From the NCBI GenBank assembly GCA_016748015.1, contig JAAOMT010000135.1:991085-1055084 (forward strand): a DNA stretch of 64,000 nt, read 5' to 3'. This DNA comes from Geosiphon pyriformis uo1. Lineage: Eukaryota > Fungi > Glomeromycota. The notes below the pieces were generated by a model that worked only from the letters and a program-made list of their open reading frames with translations, did not search any database and had not been told where the DNA came from. This document shows, piece after piece, positions 40,049-53,300 of the stretch. The translations under genes and the position numbers were made by a program. Position 1 is the stretch's first letter, and each line of letters begins with the position of its first letter.

Positions 40049-41626
40049 TTATTTAGAATAGACCCGTTCCATCTCCTAAGATTGTAAAGATCAGTTAGAA
40101 AAACGATATATTGATTGTAATTGAGAATGTCGATAATTAGATACCTCTTTGAGCAAAATTCCCAGTTTCGCAGGACTCCTTGAAACAATAACCCCAGCAC
40201 CTTCCAATGCTTTAATCTTATCAGTTGCAGTACCTTTTCCACCCGCAATTATAGCGCCAGCATGACCCATTCGACGTCCTGGCGGTGCTGTAAGCCCAGC
40301 AATAAATGATACAACCGGTTTAGGTTGAGTTCGCGTTAGATTATTTTGTTTCAAATATGCAGCAGCTTCCTCCTCGGCTGACCCTCCGATTTCCCCAATT
40401 AGGATGATCCCTGAGATTATTTAAGGGATTCTAAGTACAATAAACTTGAAAATTCATGCAATTTTAGATAAAATAAAGACTTGCTATCATTTCTCGACAA
40501 ACACCTTGAGTATCCTTATCTTCCAAAAACACTTTAAGACAGTCCACAAAGTTAGTCCCATTGAAAGGATCACCACCAATACCAATACATAAACTTTGCC
40601 CAATATTGGCTTGGGTGGTCTGATTTACAGCTTCATATGTAAGGGTACCTGACCGGGATACTATTCCAACTTTGCCTTTTTGATGAATATGGCCAGGCAT
40701 TATTCCAATTTTGCAAGCCTCAGGCACTATAATTCCGGGACAATTTGGCCCAATGAGTCGTGATTTACTTTGTGATTTTAAAATTTTTACAACCTTTTGT
40801 AATTTACAAAAAAATTAGATTTTCGAGTCTCTATTACTCAGAAATTTTTGTGACTCCTACCTTAACCATGTCCTGTTGGGGAATGCCTTCAGTGATGGTC
40901 ACTATCAATGGGATTTCTGCTTCTATTGCCTCAATTATAGCTGCTGCAGCGAAAGCGGGTGGAACATAAATAACAGTAGCATGGGGCTTCACTTCACGCG
41001 CCGCCTTAGAAAGAAGGGGTGGATTGATTGATTGAAGAATGAAAATTTGATAATATAGGAAATAACATCATCATCGCACCGTATGTATATAAAATTAATA
41101 GTGACCTACGTCAGCGACACTATTGAAAACCGGCAATTCCAAATGTGTTCTTCCCCCTTTTCCAGGGGAAACACCGCCCACTAAGTTAGTGCCATATTCG
41201 ATGGCTTGTTGTGAATGAAAAGTTCCCTACAGAATTATGATCGATTTAATGAATTATAAAACTATTGAAGAAACCAATCACAAAGATTCTATCGGCTAAA
41301 GTCAGCATCAGAAATCTTTTGGATTGGCAGTTTAGATTTTCATGTCTTTAGGGGTTTTTTGCAATTGAAGAACAAAAGCTAAAAAACTATCTTACTTGTT
41401 TTCCTGTAAAACCTTGACAAATTACTCTTGTATTCTTGGTCAAATACATGTTATTCACAGTCTGGTCGTAGGGAGACGAGGCGAGAAAAGAGGTCGAAGA
41501 AAAACGTCTACATTTGAAGGGAGACCAATCTGAGACATCGGATCTGAAATGAACCTCTAACAAGCTACCTCTTGCAGCCTGACGTCTTTTTAGAGCTCGA
41601 ATGAAAGTGCCTCGAGAAGTGAACAT
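40049..41626 (-). CDS. LSC1: Succinyl-CoA ligase alpha subunit, mitochondrial; multi-exon
   Basis: [51 protein letters not shown] and [11 protein letters not shown] (phospho-His motif). Last exon EMERVYSK*. Confidence 0.97.
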
Positions 41627-42307
41627 TTTTGAAAGCTCTAAATGCTAAATGGACTTGATCATCTTAATTAATTTTTATAATTCAGACTAATATTAGTAGC
41701 AAATTTATTAGGTTGAAAATTTTAATAAGAAATAATGATTATAATATATAATTTTAAATTTTAAAGTTTTTTTTTAATTTATTATTTTAACTAATAAAGT
41801 TATAAATAAATTGTTTAAATAAAACTTAAAATATAACATAAAATATTAAAATGGTTTTAATAATTAATATATGGATTAATATATAACCAAAAAAATCAAT
41901 TTAACTTGATTTTTATTTGATTTTTATACAATTAAATCTTTTAACAAAAATAACAATTAATTGGTCAAATACTTTTGAAATAAAAAGTTAGAGCTGAAGT
42001 AATGATTAAGCCATTCAAATAAATTTTTATTATTAAAAAGAAAACTAACCTCAGATTATACTGACCAGACGTATTGCCCCATTCTCAATATTTTGCAACA
42101 ATAAATAGTGTGATTTATCACATAATAATGAAAATTACCATTTGTCTCTTGATAAATGCTCTTCAGCTCATTGCCCGCTAAACATCCTACCAGTAATCTC
42201 TCTCCGCCTCCCAGGCTCGCACACAAAAAATAAAGCTAAAAATCCCAAAAATTTTCGTAATTCCATTTAAAAATTTCTCACTTTCCTCTTCATGGTTTTC
42301 CGCGATA

Positions 42308-43281
42308 ATGGCCGCCGTAAAGGTTGGAACAAAGAATGCCTTTAAAAACGCGGTTTCGCTCAAAGGCTCAGCCAAAATAATCATAGAATTCTTTGGTAAG
42401 TAAATTAACTTTTTTAGCCCTGACGCGATTTCTAACCTATTATTTTGCTTTGACTTCCAAGAATGTGGTATCAATAGGTTGGCTTCACTTAATCTCTCAA
42501 GATCCTCCCCGTGTTATCGTAAAACACTGAAAAAATTCTTTCGTCTTCCATTTTAAGCATATTTTTTCAACGTGGCTTATACTCGGCAGAAGATTTTTTG
42601 ATGGTCCCAAAGTATGGTCTTAACGTGCTCATGACGACCAATGACAGTGTTAAATCATATCTGAAAAAAATTCTGACGCAAGTTGAGGGTTATTATCAAA
42701 TTTATTTTCAAGATCCTTAAATTTTATGACACGTCCGGGTTACTTAATCATTGCATGTTCATTATATCAATACCTCTTGGTTCCCTAGCTTGGTTGCTTG
42801 ATCAGAAAATAAGCAAACTCGTACTTGCGATTGTATCGCAAGATACGCGTGAAACACTCGAAAGATGGGAATTTGATGTAGAAATAGTGGCGAAACAGAA
42901 TGGGAAAGAAAACACTGAAAACGTGGGGGGAAAGAAGGAAAAATCAGAAAAAGAAATAAAACAAGATATTCAAGCTATTATCCGACAGATAACTGCGAGC
43001 GTCACCTTTTTACCCACCCTGGAAGAAGAATGTAAGAATAAGTTTTAAAGTTTATATTTTTCCCAATCCTTCAATAATTAGGTGAAATTACTATATTTTC
43101 TGGTATAGGCACATTCAACGTACTAGTATACACTGATAGAGAAGTAGAAGTCCCTACCGATTGGAATGATTGCGATCCTCATCTTATAAAAAACCCTGAA
43201 TTTGTGCGTCTCCGACCTTTCTCTACAAATTATCATAAAGTGGACTCCATGGTCGCTTATCGATTAAATGACGATATTTGA
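42308..43281 (+). CDS. MAD2: Spindle assembly checkpoint HORMA protein Mad2; multi-exon
   Basis: Spliced translation VSLKGSAKIIIEFF-ECGINS-IFFQRGLYSAEDF...KYGL...LERWEFDV...IIRQITASVTFLP...TFNVLVYTD...VRLRPFSTNYHKVDSMVAY. Confidence 0.96.
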
Positions 43282-43431
43282 GAATAAGGTAAATGGGATC
43301 CCGGTAAAAGAACCTTTTAAACCTTCTGTTTGGGTACGTAATCTTGTTAAATATTGGCAAAGAAATTACGAAGCTCATAAATAATACAAATTTCGGTCTC
43401 CTCTCTTATATATTCGATTTATGAATGCTGG

Positions 43432-45200
43432 TCATGCTCTTTTCAACCATTTTGCCAATTTATTCCCCACATATTTTGTACTCCTATAAATCCCTGCGGT
43501 CAAAGGTCCTTTCATACTTTGGGTAAAGGCCGGCCATGAAACAATTGAAGATATACCTTAAATTGATAAAAATATAAGACAATCTAGTTGGGACAGGACA
43601 ACACGATAAATATGAAAGTTATTATTATTCCTACCTGTGTTCACATAGTTTGAGTATTCAGGTGAGTTGGCGATGCTTTTACAAGCTTCGAAATCATCTA
43701 AGTGATATTATAATCAAAGGTGAGCTTCGTGAACTTTAATAATTCTGCTGGCTTTTAAAATGCCATACCTGTAGGTAAATTTTCTCCTTTTTTCAATAAT
43801 TTAATACAATGCTGCTCTTTGATCTTAGCTTTGAGAGTGCTTGGTAGCTTTTGTATTAATCGCGCGCGTGCCTTTGGACTATCATCTTGCTATAATAATA
43901 AACACCATTACGAGTTTGTTCAAAAAATAAATGTGTTTTTATTGAGAATTAAACAAACCTGCAGCGCTTTATTGCCAATATGCACAGAATGGGATAGACC
44001 TACGAATATTCCGCTATAAAGTAGTTTGAAATTTTCCATCTGCCAAGAAACCATATTTTCGATCTTTTTTGGGTTTTCACCAATGTAACTACGAAAATCA
44101 CCTGAGTTTCAATTAGCTTTGGTTAAGAGTACGGAGTCATACAAAGAATTAAGTCAAACCTTGATAAGATAATCCAGCAATCTTTAGATACAAGTCATAC
44201 TCGGTGAATTCCTTCGGCAATAGCAACAGAGCTGTCCTCAGAGCATTTGCCAAATTTACTTGATTTGCAAGTCGAACACGAGCATAATCTTTAAGTATCT
44301 TGATCTACATATTATAATCAGTTAAGCAATTAATTAATAAAGCATTATAAAGCTTCGTTAAAATGCTTAAATGAGTACCGGCTTTTGCATTCTTCCAGCT
44401 ATGTAAAGAGTCTCCCAATCCAACAGGTCTCTGCACAATGTGTCAATCGAGACCACACCATATTTGATCAACTTTTAAGACAAAGTAAAATTAATACAAC
44501 CATTCGAAGCAAATGAAGAGTAAGACTTCAAGGAACCATTACCATGCCATCAATTTTTACGTAGGGATTATAATAGATCCCAGCACCAATTTTTTCTTGC
44601 AAAAAACTCACTGGCCCACTACCAAGCATTCGAATAATAGAGTAATGTTCAGGATATTGGGCGAGGTTGAGAGAGTGCCAATGTTGTGGGTGACTGACAC
44701 CAAAAATAAAATCAATCATAGGCTTGGACTAGGACGAAAATTAGTTAAACTTCTGAAGAAGTTACAATTCATCCTAATAAATTTAGAATCATCTTTCAAC
44801 CTTTGAACTATCGTATCCTCTTTGTGGAAATACCCCACTTCCATACGCAAAGGCATATCGAATCGGCGCTTGGAAATGCTCAAGAACGGTTTTCAGACGA
44901 CCTTTCATATCATCATCAATTGGTATATGCTGATTTTTCCCAAAGGTAAGAGGTAATTGAATCGAATCCAGTGTTTGTTCGGCATGTTTTAAGGTGGGCG
45001 ACTCGATGGAGGTGACTACTTTTCGTGAAGAGTGTGGTGGTTTCTCAACAACAGTACCGAATCTCGATATTGAATAAACCGACAGGTGTTTAACTGGGCG
45101 AAAAACGACGTGTTTATTTAACTAGTTTAGGAGAAGTAAAACTTAGCTTAATTATTAATTGGGTACAAATTATGAAGTTTCTTACGCGTTTAAGAATCAT
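43432..45200 (-). CDS. TAM41: Mitochondrial phosphatidate cytidylyltransferase (Tam41/Mmp37); multi-exon
   Basis: APIRYAFAYGSGVF, MIDFIFGVSHPQHWHSLN...GAGIYYNPYV, DWETLYIAGRMQKP, LSYQGDFR..GENPKKIEN and QSMKGPLTAG. The start at 45200 is inferred from a short first exon (MILKR|gtaaga). Confidence 0.93.
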
Positions 45201-45341
45201 CTTTTCGGAAATTCAGAGATTTGTTGATATATCTTTTTACAAATTAGTATTGGTTCTGGGTTAGCTTAAAATTTGTTAGTTAACTATTTAATGACCAAGT
45301 GTTTATAAAATGATATCACGTAATTGACTCCGCTTCGAAAA

Positions 45342-46846
45342 ATGACACACTCATTCACCGGCTATTTGCCCTTGGTAATATTTCGGCTCATTAAAAAAGG
45401 TGTTCCATTTTTTTGATGTAGACTTGGTCACGACAAAATTCCTGCAGGATCAAGCCGTAGCGGGCGTCACCGCTGGAGCCGTGTCTACAATATGCATGCA
45501 TCCTTTGGATCTCATTAAAACGCGGTTTCAAAGTAAATTTTTCTTCAAACCAAAGCTATTCGGGTGTTTCGAAAAAAATACCTTCTCAACATAAGATTTC
45601 TGCTAAAGTTGATGAAAGCTCAAGAAATCAAAGTCGTAGACGACCCTTTTTTGGTGGGACTATAAAGGCAATATGCGGAATTGTGAATTCACATGGTTGG
45701 GTTGGGCTTTATCGCGGCCTCACCCCTAACTTGGCCGGTTCCACTGTAAGCTGGGGCCTTTACTTCTACTGGTAAGTCTTTTAGGTTTTTACCATAGAGA
45801 ATCGGTAATTAAACTTTAAAGTGGACGTTAAGGTTTTTGCAATGTTTAATTTTTATACTTTTTGCCTTACTGATATATTTATAGGTATAGCTTAATACAA
45901 CGTCGAATGACAGGAGATCAACCAATGTTAAAACTTTCTGCCTTCAATTATCTGTTAGCTTCGGCACAGGCGGGCATGTTTGACTTTTTAATCACTTGAA
46001 TGATTTTCAAGATTCAAATCCTACGCTTATCGCATAGGTTTTTCATTTGGTTTAGGTGTAATTACTGCCTTCTTCACAAATCCCCTCTGGGTTGTGAAAA
46101 CGCGCATGTGCGCCACGAATTGGGGGGATCAGGGAGCATATAAAGGGTTAATTGGTAATGTTTAAATTTTTTTTGTCTAAATATTTAAAGGTTTGTTAAT
46201 CTTGTCTTAATATCGCATTCATTTTGTTAGATGGGTTATATCAGCTCGCGAAATCGGAAGGAATAAGTGGCTACTACAAAGGTATGGTACCTGCCATATT
46301 AGGAGTATCTCATGGCGCTTTGCAGTTTATGGCTTACGAGGAGTTGAAGAAATGGAGAACACGAGCAAATTTAAAAAAAGAACAGGAGCGGCTGGTGAGG
46401 ACTATATGACTCAAAATTCGAAGAGAAATTATTGCTCATCTTAAGAATTCTTGTATTTTGACACAAATAATTTTTAATTAAAAAGGATAATACCGATTAT
46501 GTTTTAATGGCTGGATCCTCTAAAGTTTTTGCCTCTGTAGCCACATATCCTTATCAAGTTCTTAGGGCCCGTTTGCAAAACCAAAAATTACATAGTAGAT
46601 ATGAGGGCGTCATCGATTTGCTAAAAAAAATTTACAGGTATTTCATTCTCCCTCGGCCAAGAAATGAGTTCTCTATTTATAATAAAGTTTTCCTTCTATG
46701 ATAGTTCTGAAGGCCTTTTTGGATATTATAAGGGATTAGCCCCTAATGTGCTAAGAGTTCTTCCGGGAACTTGTATCACGTTTCTTGTGTATGAAAATAT
46801 GTCCAAATTCTTTAGGGAGAATCCTCGTTATGAAAAAAGCATGTAG
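45342..46846 (+). CDS. FLX1: Mitochondrial carrier, FAD/folate carrier type (Flx1/SLC25A32-like); multi-exon
   Basis: Three carrier signatures ([32 protein letters not shown]), plus [17 protein letters not shown] and [16 protein letters not shown] typical of the folate/FAD carrier subfamily. Confidence 0.85.
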
Positions 46847-47586
46847 CAACGTAACTGAAATTTTATTATTTGTAGATCGGTGAACACCACAAATAATTAA
46901 AAACAAGCTTAGTTTTTACTAGAAATATTTTATTTTTACGATTCGAACAAGCAATTTGTGTTTTTCAAATTGTTATACAGTTTTGGTGTCAAAAAAAAAT
47001 TATTAAAGTAAAATTCATTTACTATTAAAAAATATACAATCAAATTCTTATTTTATTTGAACATTATTTATTGTATAAAAACAAAAATAGTTTGGTCAGT
47101 TTTTTTTGCACCACATTACAAAATATTTTTTATAATTGCAAATTAAAATATAATTGAATGATTAGAATTATTTATAATTTAATATATATAGGTTTAAAAT
47201 TAATCATTAATAATAAAAAGTAAAAATAAAAACAATTTTAATTTTAATTTTAAAGTTATATATATTAATTAATATTTATATAATAAATGAAATTTTTGTT
47301 TTAAAGAATGTAGTTTCATTTAATATTTTATAATATTGTAAAAATTTTGTTAATTTTAAATATGTAATTATTATGAATGTAAATTGTATTTAACAAACAA
47401 TTAATTATTAAATTTCAAAAAATATAATATATTAATATTATTTATTAAAAGATATTAAAATTTCTATCTCTTCTACATCTTAAATTCCCCAAAGAGCATT
47501 TTTTTAAAAAAAGTTTTTTATTTTTTAGTCTTTATCTTTCTTGTTCTATTATCTTTAACATTTTTTAAGCAAGTAATCCATTTGTG

Positions 47587-50343
47587 ATGGGCCTAATAAC
47601 TGCTTTTAGTAATAATATGTTGTTACTCATAAAAAAGTACAAAAAAAAAAGTACAAAAAACAGATGGAAAAATAGACCAATAGAAGAATAGAACTTAACA
47701 AGTAAGCACAATGTTAATGAATTATAATACACTGCTTAGCAATAAACATATTGTCAAAAAATCATGGCATATTGCTTAACAATAAACATATTATCAGAAA
47801 AAATAGGGCATATTGCTCAAAAAAATACAAGATTTTGTATAACATAAATTATATATATATAATAAGAGTATTAAAAACAGAAAAAGTAATTTCAAAAGAA
47901 TTCAATAGAGTTTATATTAATTAGAACAATACTCTTTTTTTCAAAAGATAGTTTTCTACAACTTGAAGTAAAATTATTTTCATATTAATAAAATTATCTA
48001 TTATTATTGAATCCATGTTATTATTACTTAATTAAAAATATTAATTAGTTTTACTTTATTAACACTCTATGTTAATAGAATTCAATACTTAACCACACTG
48101 AACCAATAGCTTTTAATCACAGTTATTAACAAAATACCAATTTTTTGTTTTTTTATTTTCTTTATTTTTTTTTGTTTTGTTTTTTTTGTTGTTTATTAAT
48201 TAATTAAAGAGATTAAGCATTGAGTATTTGACATCAAAAATAGCTTAATAAAAAACTCAGAAATAAGGATAGAAATTTAAGAATAGCTTATTAAAAGAAC
48301 ATAACTGTCAGATTAAACTGATTATTACACTAAAAAAAAATTCATAGAAAAAACCATCAATTAAATCTTTGTTTATTATACAAAGGACTCAACCAAAATC
48401 TTTAAACTCCAAAATCTTTAGAAATTACTAATATTACCAATTATTGAGCACCAAGTTATAGATTTGTTATTTGTTTTAATACCCAAATAATTATTTATAA
48501 CAATATCTAAAAAAAAGCACTCAAAAAAGCTTTTTATGAACTTTTTAAGGGTTTTTTTTTTCAAAAAAAAAGGGTTTTATAGGCAATATCAAGCATTTTG
48601 ATGATAAAAAAAATATTTTCTTAGTCAAATCTGATTCTGGTAGAAATATATATTCAAATATAAACAGTGAATTTGGTAACAATAATAATAAAAATGTCTT
48701 AGTAAACATTAGTGGTGGTTTTTTTTTGGTTTGATAACAACAATTTCTAAAACAAAAAAAGTTATTAATAACTTAAAGTATGACTTTTTTCTTGGTAAAA
48801 TCGACTTTGATATAAATGAGGATAAAAAATCTCTTTTTTATTTTCTTAATACATTTCTGAAAAAAAAGTAAATAGATTCAAAAATAGTAAAAACTCAAGT
48901 AAAAGTGACAATAAAAATTTTTTTGCATTGAATATTAATTTTTTAGCTGTAAAAAAAAATCAGCAACAGCAAAAACTCAATTCATTAGAAAAATTTTTTT
49001 ATTAATTAATAGTTTTAAGAAGACCACTACTTTCTTAAAATTTGAAATAATTATCTGATTAATATTTACATTAGAAAAAAGTATAAAAAAAGCCATATTA
49101 TTAGGTAAAAATAAAAAAATTATTGTAAACAATAATGTTAAAAAACAAAAAATACATTTAGATTGGACTGTAATAATCAAAGAAATTTCCATGAATATGC
49201 CAAAAAAATAATTATTACTATAGTATCCAAATATAATTAGATTGTGTTAATTAAATTACAACTTATTAAACTATGACAAAAAATTATAATAGAGTTTGCT
49301 GAATTAGAACAGACCAATTATTTGGCAGCTAAATGGTTATTTTTAATTAGGAAAAACTTAGTATATATAGTAAAAGCTATAAAAAATTGTAATATTTGGA
49401 TGTTAAAAAATTGGTTTAAGGCACTTTTGTTTATTTTGTTAATAAAAACAACAGCTTATAATCTTAGTACTTTATTGGAAAAAATTGGTAAGAAAATTTG
49501 TGTTATAAATTATTTATTTAATATTGACAATAAGATTTGCTGTATAGTAGTTAGTTTTAAATTAAAAGAAAAATTAAAATTAGCTTTTTGTACAGAACCT
49601 ATTTTAGGTGACATCAAATTCTTTTAGACTAGAATGGATCTGGTTTGTTGTGAGAAGTGTGAACATTTCAGACATTTGGCTTTAGAGTATGATACATTAA
49701 GTATTTGTGTCTTGTTTTTTAAAAAAATATATAAAAAGATTGCTTTAAAAGATAATTGTTTTCAATTGGCTAAGTTATATGCTAAAAAGAATATTTTTAT
49801 TTTTAATTCTGCTGCTTTTGGTGGCAAATTTTGGGTGTAGATAATTTTACTTGTTTTTTCCTCTGATAATATTTGTTCTAGTTCTAATTCTGGATTTTTT
49901 TTTTCTGATATATTATATGTGAAAAAAAGTTTTATAGTTACTCAAAATAATTTATTTATTAGTGCTTACTTAACTTCTTTAAAATACTTTTTGGGACTTT
50001 TGGCTAATTAAGTTTCAGATATTATATAAAAGTTAAGCACTATAAATCTGGTACTCTTAGTGTTTGTTTTTTAATTTCTATTATTTATAAAAATTGTTTT
50101 TTTAAATTCAAAATTGAATTTGAATATGGTTTTAAATAATTCATTTATATTATTTTTTTTTTTTCAACTACTAATAATATGGTTCTGAATTTGAGTTTAA
50201 ATAAATCAAAGATTCTGATTACCAAAATGAGTAGATTGGAATCTAAAATAGTGGTTCTTAAAGTTTCTGTCAATTCAGTTTTGATAAGATTAAATCAGTT
50301 GTGTGCTAAATTGGATTTTTTAGTATTTTTTTTATCTCAATGA
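47587..50343 (+). pseudogene. LINE ORF1 remnant, interrupted by a solo LTR
   Basis: CCEKCEHFRHLALEY (eroded CCHC) and LAKLYAKKNI...AAFGGKFW. Confidence 0.75.
47621..48502. mobile_element. Probable solo LTR (882 bp) inserted near the start of LINE copy 5 ORF1
   Basis: Termini TGTTA...TAACA; flanks ATGT and ATAT (4-bp TSD with one G->A). Removing it restores ATG TCT AAA AAA AAG, matching ATG TCC AAA AAA AAG in copy 3. Internal ~40-bp tandem repeat at ~47732-47818. Confidence 0.72.
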
Positions 50344-53300
50344 GTGATATGGTTTGGAAATTTGCTACATGTAATGTTCAAAATATTAATGTTTTAGCTA
50401 AACAAAAAAATATTGTTTATTAACATATGGAATCAGAAAATATAATTTCAATTATTATAGAAATGAAATTGAAGTCTAATATTAAGCTATAAATCATAAA
50501 TAAGTTTGATAAAATTAGAATTTTTACTTCTGGTTTGGATAAAAATTTTTTTAATGCAGAGATGACTATTATTATAAACAATTTTTTGGTTTAATATGTT
50601 TTTAAAGTAAAAAAAGTTTCTGATTAAGTTATTTTAGTGTAACTTCTTTTCAAAGACAAATTTTCAGTCATAATTTTGGACTTGTATGCTGGTATATTTG
50701 CTAAAGCTAAGTTTAATCAAGTTCTAACAATCAACTCTTTTATTGTTAACATGGTTAACCTCAGCAATTTCATAATTGTGAGTGAGAATTTTAATAAAAA
50801 CAGATCCAGAAAAAGTGCTAGTTTCAAGTTCTGTTCAGGTTTGAATTTGGTTAATTTATTTGGTAGATATTCACTAGTTAAAACATCTACTTAAAGCAAC
50901 TTAAAAAGTGTTAAAAAGATCATTAATTATATTTTTATAAGTAAAAGTTTGTTTTCTACAGTTGCTAATTATGAAGTTAATTCTGTTTTTGATTTTTTTA
51001 ATACAAACCACAAAACAGTTTCTGTAGTAATTAGATTGAATAGCCTATTAATTATTCATTTAAATATCTTTTATAAACAAACTAATAGGAACTGCTAAAA
51101 GTTTTAAAATAAAAAATACAGATAGTATTAAATAGACACAGTTTAGGAAATGCTTTTTTATTAAATATATTGCTATAACAGATAAGTTTTTAAAACCAAA
51201 AGTTTGTGGGATTTAAATAGTATATAAAAACTGCTAAGTATAATGATAATTGAATCTGCTAATAAGATATTTTTTAAACTTTGGTTCAATAAGTTTCAGT
51301 ATACAAAAAATAAACATTTTTCTAAGTTTTTTGGATTGGAACTGTTAGTTGTTAAAATTGTTAGAATGCTGAACTTGAGTAACATGCTTGAATTCAAATA
51401 TTTTGCCAAAAAATGGTCAATTTTAAATAGTTTAAAGACTTTTAAGATTATGAAAATAGTTTAAAATAACATAGAATTAATAGATATTTTTAAACATTTG
51501 TTAAGCATTTATAAAAAGTACAAAAAATTCAAATTGTACAAGTTAAAATTGGCTAAAAAAGCATCTATCAGAAAGACTATTGAAAAGCACATAAAAAATT
51601 TTTGTTTTAATAAAAAAATATAATTAGAAGTGTTTTAAACTAGCTTTTCTACAAGATAATTCTGGATTATTTGGTAGTAGATAATGAGTTGGTTTTAAAA
51701 CTAGATAAAATAAAGATCAGTGTTGACAAAATTATAAAAAGTTAGACTAAAAAGCAGATTATGTCTTTAATAATGTCTGATCTTTGGGCTTATTAATATG
51801 TATTATTAGATTATATAAATAATAATATCTTTTCTAAGATGATAAAAAAAATCAGTAAGGAGAAATTGCTTTTGGTAATTAGTAATCTGCTTAATAATAA
51901 AGCTACTGGTTTGTTTAATATTCTTAATGAACTTTGAAAACATAGTAATAACAGTGTAATATGACTTTTTTTGTAATTGCTAAATATGTGTTTGTCTTTT
52001 GGTAATATTTTTGTTTTATAAAAAAAAGTCTGAATTTTGATGATCTCCAAACCATATAATTGGAATGAAATTTTAATGAACATTTACTCTATTGTTTTAA
52101 TTAAAACAGCTAGAAAGATTCTCTCTAAAGTTTTTTCTAATTAAATTTTAATTGTATATAATAAGTTTAATGTTCTTTGGAGGAATAATTTTTCAGTGTC
52201 AAAAGATATTTCTACTTAGTTTCTAGTATTTGCAATTGGATTTGTAATTAAAAATATTTCGAAAAAAAACAAAAAACTTTGGTTGGTCTTATAAGATATG
52301 CATAAAATCTACAACTTAATTAGATAGTATTATCTAGAAATTAATTTATAACAAATCAAAATATGCAAGCAGTTTGTGAAATTTTTTGGAAGCATACATA
52401 AAGATAGGATTAATAGAGTAATGTCTAATTTTAAACTGTTAGATAATTACAAGATACATAATAAATTGGATTAAAATAAAGTTTTTTTGTCCCTTCTTTG
52501 AAAAATTTTTTATGATTCATTTTTGTATAAAGTTAAAAGACATAAACATTTGTGTAGATATCAAATTGATACCAGATTTGTAACCAAAATAGACAGAGTT
52601 GAAAATAGTAGTAAAATGTTCTTTTTTTTGCAGCTAATGTTTTTATTGATAACATAATTTGGATTAAAAACAGTTAGGTTTCTATATAATATGCTTTAAA
52701 TATAGCAAATAAATTTTTTATGATTAATAATATTTCAATTAACAATAAAAAAATGGTGGTTATTTTTATCAACCAATATATTAAAGTTGCTTCTTTAAAA
52801 ATTAGTGGCTTGTTGATTTAATTGCCAAAAAAAGTAAAACATACAGATATCTGAAAATTTTTTTGTCAATTAAAAAATTGTCTAAGCCAAGTTTGGCTAA
52901 GTTTACTCTAATATCCAGTTTTTTGTCAATGTGATGCTTAGAAAAATTATTGCAGATAAACAGTTCTCTTGTCTGGTATTAGTTGTTTTACAATTTATAA
53001 TTTTTTATAGATTTCAATTTAATTTTATCTTATTAAATATGTGTCATAAGTAAAATATTATAGTTAAAAAGTCTCAAATTTAAGACTAAATTGTTATGTA
53101 ATTTTCTTAGTAAAACACTGTATTATTTGTTTTTGTATGATTTGAAATCTTTTGAACAGATATAAGCTAAGACCAAAGTGGTATTAATAGTGTTTTTTGT
53201 CAATTTTTCAGATATTCTTAGATATTTGTTTGATTATAACTTTTTGGATTTGCAGGTTTTAAGTTAGACTTTTTTAAATCTATTGTAATATTCTATTAGA

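Noticed and set aside
42187-42474. 95-aa minus-strand ORF
   Set aside because: Antisense to MAD2 exons 1-2.
47732-47818. CRISPR-like repeat
   Set aside because: Only about two adjacent imperfect units with no unique spacers, inside a putative LTR of a eukaryote.
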